Below, piece after piece: positions 43,339 through 53,644 of a DNA stretch of 64,000 bases (the stretch's first letter is position 1; every line of letters starts with the position of its first letter). The notes under the pieces were generated by a model, which saw only the letters and a list, made by a program, of their open reading frames with translations, ran no database searches and had not been told where the DNA came from. The position numbers were made by a program, and so were the translations under genes. The stretch spans positions 186,001 to 250,000 of the forward strand of contig JBLWGC010000051.1 in the NCBI GenBank assembly GCA_048772705.1, read 5' to 3'. The stretch comes from Leidyana gryllorum EB-2025a (taxonomy: Eukaryota > Protista > Apicomplexa).

Positions 43339-45600
43339 CCGATCACCGAAGAATAGATTTCTTTGTCCATTACCAACCATCACACTCACGCGTATTGCGA
43401 TGAATCAATGAAAGTAAGCCTGTCCTGGTGGACTGATCCCGCGTCTATGGAACAATCCTCAGAGGATTGCCCCTACACTACTATGGCGCGGCTTGCAAGT
43501 GCCCAAGAGTCTAAACAACCAACTGCCCTATTGCAGAGGTGGTGCCTCTCTCTCTCTTAAGCCGCCAACTTCAGCCTGGTGGGTGCTGGGACGTACAACA
43601 TCCGAAAGCCGTTTTGGCGTGCTCAACCCTTCAAACCTGCACTAAGGTTTTCGAAGGGCGAATCATCGTTTCCGAATGATTCGATGCGACAACTAACTTT
43701 TTTGACTCTATACAATGTCCCATTGGAACGTGTCAACGAGTAGTGCTCACGTCTGGTACTTATACCGACTCCACTTGATATCCATCTATATTGATCTCCC
43801 GATTGCATAGTGATCAATTGTACAGGTGGTGCTGGGCTGACCCCCAAGAAACTCACTCTATTGGGAAGCGCTCGAGCCGTACTTGGGTCTTCCTGATACC
43901 CTGTACCCAGCCCAGCACCCCGTGTCAGGAAAGCTCTTTCTTTGGTAGATCGCTATAGCCGAGACGGGTCAGTTGTCCTCCGGATGTCCAGCATCCCGGG
44001 TGCCCTCATTGGAACGTCTAAGTCATAGTGTCGAAACAACTGGAATCAAAATTGACCCTTCACATCATAAGAATCTCACTTACCCAGCACCCTCAGTCAT
44101 ATTCTAAGGAGTCTGATTCTAAGGAGTTATGATGAAACATGATGCACCTACTGATAGCGGGAGACGGAGAGGAGAACACACGTGTATGCGCCTGAACCTT
44201 GTTAGTGTACATCACTGACGGAGCCTTCTAGCCTAGCTCTCAGAAATGGTCGCGACCCGATCGACACCCAACAATCTAACGGACACTGCCGCCGGTTCCA
44301 AAAGAAACACACCCCGAGACATAGAGTAGGTGGGGATAAATGATAAGGGTCGTAAGGTATAAAGATCGTCAGCAACAGGCCATGACCGGTCCGCCAGTGT
44401 CTGCGTCTCGGTAGCCGGTTGGAACCGGCAGGAGACGGAGACCCTTACAGACACGCGTGTGCGTGATCCCTTTTTAGTTCAGATCGAACGATAGGTGAGG
44501 TGTAAAATGAAAGGAGTAAATTCCGTAGGACACGAGTGGCAACTCTGCCTAGTGGATCGTTTTACGAAGGAAGATAAGGCCATAGATGTTCGACCCAGTT
44601 GATTACGTGAAGCACGAACTCACTTCTCGCAACCGCTTGTAACCACCTGTCACCACCCTTCTGGCCTGTGTGTGTCTTGGGTCGTAGTCCCGAATCCCAG
44701 TCCTGTTTCCTTCATCCGCACGGTTGAGTTCCGTGGGTACCCAAACCGTAGAACCATTCAATATGGAACACAAGTACGATAGAGAAGCTTAGGACTCGTT
44801 ATCCACCTGCACAACCCTCAGTAGTCTACCGGACCCAACGGCCGGATCGGCTCCACTGTCTGTATTCCCTGGCATCTCTTCTTGTGAGTCAGCCAGCCGC
44901 CGCTTGGACTGCGCCACCCCTAAATCAGGGTCTCGTCGCTTCGTACTCATTTTGGACCGAGTCCATGATTTCATCAGAGAAATCGAGGAGTCTTCCAGAC
45001 AGGATTCTGACAGCGCCCCAGTGCTGTCAGAAATCACAACGGGATTGCAGGGGGGAGTTGTGCGAACGGAAGGTTTCGTGGGCATGGTTCCAGCACTTGT
45101 CGCAATGTTGACAGGTAGAGGAATTAGGACTGTTGATACAGAGTAGTCTAACGTGTATAAAAAGGCGTCAAGAGTAGATGTGTACTGAGAATAGGCAGGG
45201 TGATAAGAAGTGTGGGTGCCCAGATTGTCGGCGACCGGCCAGAAACGGAGACGGTTACATACATTGAACACTGTGCCCTTTGTTGTGGACTTAGATAGAT
45301 CAGACGACAGTACCCAAACCCGAGTCCTGGACAATGGTATACTTATCTCAGACGATTCCTCACCGACGGGCAACGGCCGGCGCTGAAGACCACCCTTCGA
45401 GCACCTTCACCTACCATTACGATTTTGCTTGATCACTGGAATAGTCCCGTAATTAGTTAGATGGATGCACGTCCGCCTCATCCTCGAGGCTTCTCAAAAG
45501 TCACAACATTCCCTAGACGAGACAGAGCTAATCCAGCAGTTGTCGCCATGTTCACCGGATCACGTAGCTCTAGTCCCTTACCTGAAGGAGACATCTAATA

Positions 45601-45905
45601 TTTAACACCTTTTTATACGTTAGACTATGTCTCTCAACAATGCGACTAAAGAGTGTCAACGGTTCTGTCAACTCGGATGTTTGTGTCGGAATGAGGGACA
45701 GAACTAGGAGAATTAGGCCGAAACTAAGGTGGAAGTGTTCGTTGTTACTTTGGGAATGCTGCTCGCTCGTCCTCGGTCGGGAAGTCGTCCTTGAGTGCTC
45801 TGAGGAATGCACTGTTGTCCTGCAATAATAGCTCGGAGATCGTGGCGTGCAGTTGGCACGGAGTGACGTTGTAACTGTTGAAAGTGTATTAAAAAGGGTG
45901 TAACA
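45601..45905 (-). repeat. Putative 3' LTR (about 305 bp) with imperfect terminal inverted repeats
   Basis: Begins TGTTACACCCTTTTTAATAC after the purine tract and ends GTATAAAAAGGTGTTAAA; internal 45679-45750 is duplicated at 46263-46341. Confidence 0.6.
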
Positions 45906-47388
45906 TTCCCCCGTTCGATTAGTCTTGGAGGTCCAGTTGGGTCCGGTGTCGTTTGTGCGGTGGGGTTCTGCGGTTCCTCCCCTTACAGGTGAAGGGTCGG
46001 TCGACCAATTTGTTTGGGTGTTGATGTGGACTTCGGGGTGTAAGTTCCCTCAATTAGTCTTTGTTGGCGCGACGGAGGTGGTTCAAGCGGAGGTAATTGA
46101 GGTTCCTCTGTCGGTGAATTTGGCGGAGGGAGTATGCGGCATTGCGTTATGTCAACTGTTTCTATGTTTCCTCCGTCTGGTATGTATGAAACTCGGTGTG
46201 ATGATTGGTCATATGCTGTGACTGTGACTGTGACTGAGTGGTGTCCAGCAGTTGTCGCCATGATGTTTGTGTCGGAATGAGGGACACAAGAGGAGAGAAC
46301 TAGGAGAGTTAGGCCGGAACTAAGGAGCCAGTGTTCGTTGTGGTGTTTGGGTCGGTTGCTGAGTATAAGAGGGGGGAGCTAAGAGAGTTAGGCCGGAACT
46401 AAAGGTGCAACTGGTTCTTGTGATTGAATCTGTGTGACTAAGTTTCTTCCGATGTAATAGTGCGATGCTCCTGTATCTTGTAAGGCTCTGGTTTTTATGG
46501 AACCGATCTGGACGTCGATGTAGGGTCGATTATCTATCTGTCCTCTTTCAGTGCTGATTAGGGCCACGAAAATATGTGTTTTGCCCTCTGTTGTCTTGGC
46601 CTGTGTGTTTGTTCTGTGGTGGAGTGTCGCAGCCGATTCAGGGGCGCGTTGTTGGTTATTGTATTGTCGTTTCCGACATTCTTCAATTGTATGGCCGTCC
46701 TTTCTGCAGTATCTGCAAGTTTTGAGAGGTCTTTGGGAGAATGGAGGCTTTTGGTCGCTTTGTGATGGGGAGTGGCCTGTTATGATGGCGGTCTCTTGGG
46801 ATTTTTCTTGTGCCGTTTGAAAGAGTTGCTCTAGTGTGAGTTTGTGTATGACGAGGTTGAGACGCTCGCGGATTGATGTCGGTAAGAATGCTAACAAGAT
46901 GGTTTTCGCGAGATCTCTTGCGAGGTTGGCCACCGCTGGGATTTGCTGACGTTGTTCGGCCCGATAGAGTCCTTCAAGGTATTCTAGGGTACGGTAAGTA
47001 GCCATAGATACCGAGAATTTCCCTTTATTTGCCTCCTGTAACGCCGTGTGGAGGTATCCCTCCACGGTACCTTGGCGAGGGTACCACAGCGAGAACAGTT
47101 GTGCCACCACCGCCTGGAAATCCCTCGTAGTGAGGCCAGATCGCTCTTCTTCCACAAGGGGAGGTGATTCCTGAGGTAGGCCTTCTTAGCTCGGCGATGC
47201 CGATGGCGCTCATGTGCTCCTCCAGCTGGGTAAACCAGAGGTCGCAGTCTAGTGGCGTTGACTGCAGGGTCAGTTGGGATAATGGCAGGGTTCCAATGGG
47301 TAACAATCCAGCATTTGTCGCCATGGTGTTTGGGTCGGTTGCGGAGTACAAGAGTTGTCACTTAAAGTGTACTAAAAAGGGTGTAACA
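45601..47388 (-). mobile_element. Degenerate Ty3/gypsy-type LTR retroelement: gag plus aspartic protease only
   Basis: Gag N-terminus DLWFTQLEEHMSAIGI (ATG 47324), frameshift near 47160, zinc knuckle CRYCRKDGHTIEEC, protease RPYIDVQIG..RALQDTGAS; TGTTACACCCTTTTTA starts at both 47388 and 45905; purine tract GAACGGGGGAA just before the 45905 copy; no RT/RNaseH/integrase seen. Confidence 0.8.
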
Positions 47389-47440
47389 GAGTCGTTGCGT
47401 CCGTCTTTTCTGTCTACGGCTGATGATTTTTCCTGTGGAA

Positions 47441-47813
47441 TCAGACATCTAAGGAATCAGCTATGGAGGAGAAAGACGGCGAGTCTATCTCTTCAGCTGC
47501 AACCACTGCGAATATGGGTAAGTTGTGTCATCAGATGAGGCACGATGATGTGACAATGAAACAGAATGAAGCAAAGACTTACAATTATCAGACATCTAAG
47601 GAATCAGCTATGGAAAAGAAGGACGGCGAGTCGATCTTTTCAGCCGTAACCACTGCGAATATGGGTAAGTTGTGTCATCATATGAGAGCACAAAATGTAG
47701 GGGAAACATAGTGTGATAATCAGACATCTAAGGAATCAGCTATGGAAAAGAAGGACGGCGAGTCGATCTTTTCAGCCGTAACCACTGCGAATATGGGTAA
47801 GTTGTGTCATCAT
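47441..47813 (-). ncRNA. U14: Three tandem U14 snoRNA genes (47441-47534, 47588-47681, 47720-47813)
   Basis: Each has box C TGATGA, domain A ATTCGCAG, an internal stem, and domain B plus box D TTCCTTAGATGTCTGA. Confidence 0.93.
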
Positions 47814-47832
47814 ATGAACAAGGGTCTTATAG

Positions 47833-47941
47833 TCAGACCAGGATGAAACTGGATGTATCAGCTTATTAAAGAGTAGTGTCTTCACTGAAGTCCACGCAAG
47901 TGCGGGATTGTCAGTAACACAGACCAAATCTTAATCATCAT
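47833..47941 (-). ncRNA. U18: U18-like box C/D snoRNA
   Basis: ATGATGA...TTGGTCTGTGTTA CTGA (D')...GTGAAGA (C')...CTGA; guide pairs with LSU AACACGGACCAA (one G-U). Confidence 0.85.
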
Positions 47942-47965
47942 AAGAGGGAGGCACGTACATGGATG

Positions 47966-48101
47966 GATTGTAGGGATCGACGGCCCGACTGAATCACTGA
48001 GTAATCATCAGTCGGTTCCTTGTCACCCAAATTAGTATTTGCTAGACACTGGCAGAGCTGCGCACCATTATTTCGATGACAACCCTATGGCAAAGTCAGC
48101 A
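47966..48101 (-). ncRNA. snR34/U65 (SNORA65)-like box H/ACA snoRNA
   Basis: Hairpin 1 pocket TGCCAT/GCCAGT fits LSU ACUGGC-UU-GUGGCA; H box ATACTA; hairpin 2 pocket AGGAA/GCCG fits CGGC-UC-UUCCU; ACA box at 47969-47971. Confidence 0.85.
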
Positions 48102-48264
48102 AGGAATCAGAGGAAAGAAGCCAATGAATGGCTGATGATGTTAAAAAAATTTAATACCGACCAAGGTCGCACACAACACAAATTCTGTGGAGACAAAACA
48201 GGCACTCAAAAAGTTGAAGTCTATCTAAGTCGTGTTGTGAGTCTTCGTTCTCTCCTACATCAAC

Positions 48265-48472
48265 ATGGCTTCTCCTCGCTGCTTCTTCGACATCACCATC
48301 GACGGCACCCCAGCTGGTCGTGTGTGGTTCAACTTGTTCACCAAGGACGTCCCCAAGACTGCCGAGAACTTCCGATGCCTCTGCACTGGCGAGAAGCCCG
48401 GTTTGGGTTACAAGAACTCCAAGTTCCATCGTATCATCCCTAATTTCATGTGCCAAGGTGGTGACTTCACCC

Positions 48473-48503
<31 letters not shown>

Positions 48504-48768
48504 TGGCAGCAAGTTCCAGGACGAAAACTTCATCCACAAGCACAACCGCCCCTACCTTCTCTCCATGGCCAACGCCGGACCCCACACTAACGGTTCTCAG
48601 TTCTTCATCACTACTGTCCCTACTCCTCATCTTGATGGCAAGCACGTTGTCTTCGGCGAGGTTGCTGATGAGGAATCCAAGCGCATCGTCAAGCAAATCG
48701 AAGGCTGCGGTACCCCTTCTGGCAACCCCACCCGCACCGTCTCCATCAGCAACTGTGGCCAAGAGTAG
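48265..48768 (+). CDS. Cyclophilin A-type peptidyl-prolyl isomerase, intronless
   Basis: [60 protein letters not shown]; strong C-ending codon bias. Confidence 0.97.
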
Positions 48769-48899
48769 AGTTTAGGAGGTTTTTGTTTCTATTCTTCTGC
48801 TTTCTCCTCCCTAAATGAGTCATAGGGACTTGTGTGGATGGCAACCAGATTTCTAACTTATTATAGTATTATCAACAAAACCACCTCAATTATCCCCAG

Positions 48900-49827
48900 A
48901 TGACCACAGAGAAAGTAGTTGCGTTGGTGGTAAGGCAGACAGAGGGAGATTGGGACCCCGGCTTCATTGTGCTTGACTTGGCAGTCTTCTCGTGACCTCC
49001 GTGGGTTCGAGGTTCTGTGGGCTACGCTGCAGTCGGACATACTGAAGCTCAAAGATGACGATGAGCGCTGTTTCTGGCACTGGGTGGCGTCAGCCGAGGC
49101 CACCGCTATCCTCGACTTTGCCTGGTCTCGACGTGACCCTGATGTCATGCTGCCCATAGACACCAAGGATGAGGTATTGACACTCGAAGCGATTGACATT
49201 CCCAACTCTCGATTGTAGGCAGGGTGGACAGCTCTACACGTGGCAGCAGCGTGTGCCTCGGAGGGTGCGGCTAAACAATTGATTCAGTACGGTGCGAATC
49301 CCCGAGAGGAACTTCACAACGGAAACACTCCACTGCATCTGGCGGCCAGCAAGAATTCACTCAAAATCTGTCAAGCTCTTGTGGAAGCCGTTACGGACAG
49401 GAAGGCCTATGTGAACCACACCAACCAATATGGGATGGCCGCCATTGCCAGAGCACTCGGGAGCGGGAAAATCCAAGTGGCGTTGTGGCTCAAAGATGAA
49501 GGGGCAAAACTGGACGATCGATCTGTGGCATCTGGAGACACACTGTTGCATCAAGCTGTGGTGAGTGCCACACACTTGTGGAAGCAGGATGGGTTTCAAT
49601 GAATGCTCTGCCCTTTTGTGACTCAGATTGATCGATGTCTTGAATCCATTCGATTTCTGTTGACTTATGCGCCCGAGTTGGCCGTTGTGGAGAACAATGT
49701 AAGACATTTGAGTAAGATTTATCAATTGGATACCTCGCTCCAGGTTGGTCGAGATGCATTGAGTTATGGTGATGGGAGTGTCAAGGCTATATTCACAGAA
49801 TTCTTCGACGAAAACGAGGCTAATTGA
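48900..49827 (+). CDS. Ankyrin repeat protein, gankyrin/PSMD10/Nas6-like, multi-exon
   Basis: DDDERCFWHWVASA, KDE|AGWTALHVAA, GNTPLHLAASKN, GDTLLHQAV in the order seen in gankyrin. Confidence 0.75.
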
Positions 49828-49835
49828 CTAGCTAC

Positions 49836-51461
49836 TCACGTAGGAAGTCTCGTGTAGGGAGCTGAGACGTCCTTATGACGAAGTGCTTCAAGTAATGGAT
49901 CAATACCTTCTCTGAAGGATGCCGGCCATTCATGTTTTGTCTGATCGATGAGCTCCAAACATATTGTGGTCATCAAAGCCTCCAGCCTCTGCAGATCGCC
50001 TTCTAGGAACGTACGATTGACAGTGGCATCAATGGACAGACGCACCCAGGCACCCAGCAGTGGACAGAGCTTGCCGGGGGGATCGTTCATCGCACATGGG
50101 CTGAGCTTGTCTTCATCTCCAGGGCTCATATATGATTTTTTTAGGACATCATATACATCTAACCAGAACTTCTGTGCGATCGTTCTTGGTGGAAGTCCCT
50201 CTTCGGCCGTGGGCTCATCCGCTGGAGAATAATCAGTATTGCAGACAAAGTCAGCGACAAAGTGGCTGGCTATTTCGTCCACTTTAGTACTCTTCGCCTC
50301 CTCCACGGCCGAATCAAATTGTGAAACCACTGCCTCCCACCCCTCAGCGTCATAGAGAGGCCCTAATGGAATCTTCATTCTGTCGCTCAATACCAGGAGG
50401 TCATGCAGTACAAAGTCGTTCGTAGCCACTTCTTCTTTTGGCTCGCTGGTTAGCGACAGTTCGAGACAAGTTCGAGTGGACAGCAGTAACGCCTCGGTCA
50501 ACACTTGCTGCCGTAAGACACCCCGGAGTGCGGGGTCATTGGAATTATAGTATAGCTCACGAAGAGCACAATCCGCGAACCAGTCAGGCGCCTGCGTGGC
50601 AGCAGGACTGGGAGCGTAGTAATGGGGTTTGGTCCGGTCTACTTCACCCAAGGGTGGTGGACGGCCCTCGATCATGCTCTGCCAGCGCTCGCTCTCAAGC
50701 CGCGGCCACAGCCAGTCGGGAATGGCGTTCAGAAATTCGGCACTGCATTTTCGACGGCAGCAACATCGACAAACCGGTCCAACGAAGAAGTCGCAGTGTC
50801 GGAAGCGCAGTAGGAATACTCGATAAAGCAGGCGAAATGCCCGGGGAACCATGTTCTGGAGCACCGCTTCGTATATAATCTCGAAATACAGCGTCGTAAA
50901 GGCTGGTATCAACTCCGCCATCATCTCCGGCGTGAGCCGTGATCGTATTTCTAGAGTCAGAATCTTTTGATTGAAAGCTAGTATTCGCGGATTATGTCGC
51001 ACTAGCAGCCGCCAGTAGGATCGCAAGTCTCCTGCAAAGCGTGCCTCGTCTGCCAGACGAGCATATTCGTCCCAGAAAAACGCGGTGGCTGTAGCGCCGA
51101 GCCCTAAATGTCGTCAAGTGTCAAGTGGTCGGTGTGTGTGTGTGTACTTACTTCCGCTGCCCGCAGCGCCAGCTCGACATTCACGAGCCAGTTTGCACAC
51201 GTAGTTGAAGACGGTCCGGACCACTTGTGGACTCCATCGAGCATCTTTGAAGTGGGGCAGCACACCGACCGGCTGATATGCCTTGGCCACACGGGTTTCA
51301 AGCCCCGTGCTGATTAGCCTGTCGCATTCGTCCAAGGTCGGGTTGCGAGTGAATGAGTCCTGTCTGCGTGGCGATGGACTGTTTAGAGCCCAAAACTCGC
51401 GTATTACACATGCAAGCGCCTTGGTCCGGCCCTCAGCCACCTGATTCACAGGCGACCTCAT
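49836..51461 (-). CDS. Hypothetical protein, at least 1 intron
   Basis: Exon 1 from ATG 51461, gtaagt donor near 51152, long final exon to 49836. Confidence 0.55.
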
Positions 51462-51517
51462 GGCGACAAATTTTTCGCATCATACCATTGTGTACGTCCG
51501 TCGTTACTACTCTATAC

Positions 51518-53618
51518 TCAGAACTTGAACTGCTTCTTCTTCTTCTTCTTCTCTTCGGTTTGTTTCCGACCTGCCAGGAACATTACGATGTGTGAGACCA
51601 CTTCCTCACCTTCCTGTCCACTAATTTCCTGAGCTTTACGATTAGCCTCGTCGTGTACTTTCAACTGCTCCTTGATCCCTTCCGGCGAGAAGTCGGATGG
51701 GGGCACTGATAACAATTGTTTCGGGTAGCTTTACACCAACACACCACTCACCTGCTTGAATCAGAGCGCTGGGCGTCGCCAATCCGCCTGTCAACAGACT
51801 TGCAGACAACACCTCCGAGGGAGGGGCCAATCCTCCAGGCAGCACGGGTAGAGTGCTGGTGATGGGAGTAGGCATTCCAACAAGGAGAGCTTGGGTGGGC
51901 TCGACACTCGGTGTGACAAATCCAGATGTTGTCGGTGGGACACTGCCTATACCACTCTCTAATGCTGTGGGCGGCAGAAGAGGCTCGGCCATTTGGGAAG
52001 AGCTTTCTTGTTCGCCGCCCGAATCGAGATTCTCGGCCTCTTCTTCAATAGGCTCATCCTCTGACTCTTCAGCCAAGCCTTCCAACAGCTCTCCCCAGAA
52101 ACTGGGTGGAGCCGCCTCCTCGGGGGTGGGCTCCTTGACCGGAGGCGTGGGCTCGGCGAAGACTTCTGGATACAGAGGGTTGCCAAACTGATCGCTGGGA
52201 GGTTTACCCCAGCCACCCTGGTGGAAGCCCCATTGAGCACCGAGGGGCAGCGGAGCATTCAGACCCGGTATCCTGAGATTCGGGTAGCTGGGCGGCGGTC
52301 CATATCGCTGCATCGTCAATAGCCATGGTGTCGGCGTGGTTGCCAATACAATGCCCAGGGCTTCTTTCAGCTTAGCAGACAGTTGACCGGGTCGGAACTG
52401 GCGCGTCTTTTCTTCGCGCTCCTTGCCTTCATAGTACAGCTCGCCGAAGGGGGTGAGCTCGGGTTTGGTGGCGTACTTGAAGAAAGCATCGTGTAAGGTT
52501 TGAAAGTCCACGTGCATTCGATTACTCTTTGGCCGACTCTTCTCCCTCTGCTTTTGTTTGAGTGACTTTTGGCTCTCTCGTTCCAGAATCGCTGCTCGAA
52601 TTTCGCCAATCTTAGTTTGCTCAATATATTCTGCGAGTTGCTGATCAAATTGGGCCGAATCGGAAGGTACTCACCGGGTAGTCTAAAGGGTGGTTTTTCG
52701 ATAGCGCGCTTTCCGCTGAGATACTTTCGCTTCTGATTCCAATGTACCGGGACTTTGACCGTATTCCTATATGCTTTGAGCCACACCAGCGTGTAAGGGT
52801 CAGGGGCGGTGACATCCCAGACTTCGACGACATCCGGCCGCGAGCAGTTCAATTTCAGTTCCGACACTGGAGGACGCGTCAACTCTTTCAACTTCTTTTT
52901 GCTCAGCTTAGCCACAGCTCCTCGTTTGGGTTTCGGCACCACCTCTCCCTCGAGCCGAGCCCGTAAAGACTGCTGCTCATCGTCACCCATAGTGACAGCT
53001 TCCTCATCGTCGCCTTGGGCCGCATCCTCGTCCACCTCCTCATTGGTGGTGCGCCGGACTGCCCTCTCCTCCAAAGCTGCATGACGCTTGAAGATCTCGG
53101 CGAACTCGCCCCAACTTGGGTCCTCCATGGGCTCGTCACCACCCTCGTCGGAATCGGATCCCGTGTCACTCTCAGAGACCTTCAATCCGTGCCCATCCAC
53201 CGGAGGCTGAATCAACGAGTACCAGTTGAGCATCTCATTAACAATCCACTCACCGGAACGTCTTCGCCATTGCCCCGCGCCAGTCGCAAGGTTTCCTGCA
53301 ATGCCTTGAGGCGGTGTGAGAGCGCTGAACAAACATTGAAGACAAGCCAGACGTTTTGCTGCTCTCACTTGGAGTTACAAACTCAGCTACGTCTCCCGCC
53401 GAGGGGCCCTCAGCGTTTATATCATCAGCTTCCTGTTTTGTCAGCAGAAGTCGCTCTTTGAGCTCCCGCTTCCGAGCTTTGCTCTGTTTACGCTTCTGAA
53501 AACAACTTTATCCAATGTAACCAGCCACTCAACTCACAAGTGACCTTTTGAGTCTCTCTGCGGCTTTCGGGTCAGTCTTCCTCAAGACCTTCACCTGCCC
53601 CGCAATCCCCTCCGCCAT
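51518..53618 (-). CDS. SF3B2: Splicing factor 3B subunit 2 (SAP145/Cus1), multi-exon
   Basis: ELK..RPDVVEVWDVTAPDP, LKAYRNTVKVPVHWNQKRKYL, DFQTLHDAFFK, MQRYGPPPSYPNLRIPGLNAP, C-terminal KKKQFKF*. Confidence 0.95.
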
Positions 53619-53644
53619 ACCAAAAAAATTTAGCGTATCGTACT

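Noticed and set aside
47463-47711. ORF with duplicated MEEKDGESI..TTANMGKLCH
   Set aside because: Antisense translation of U14 repeats
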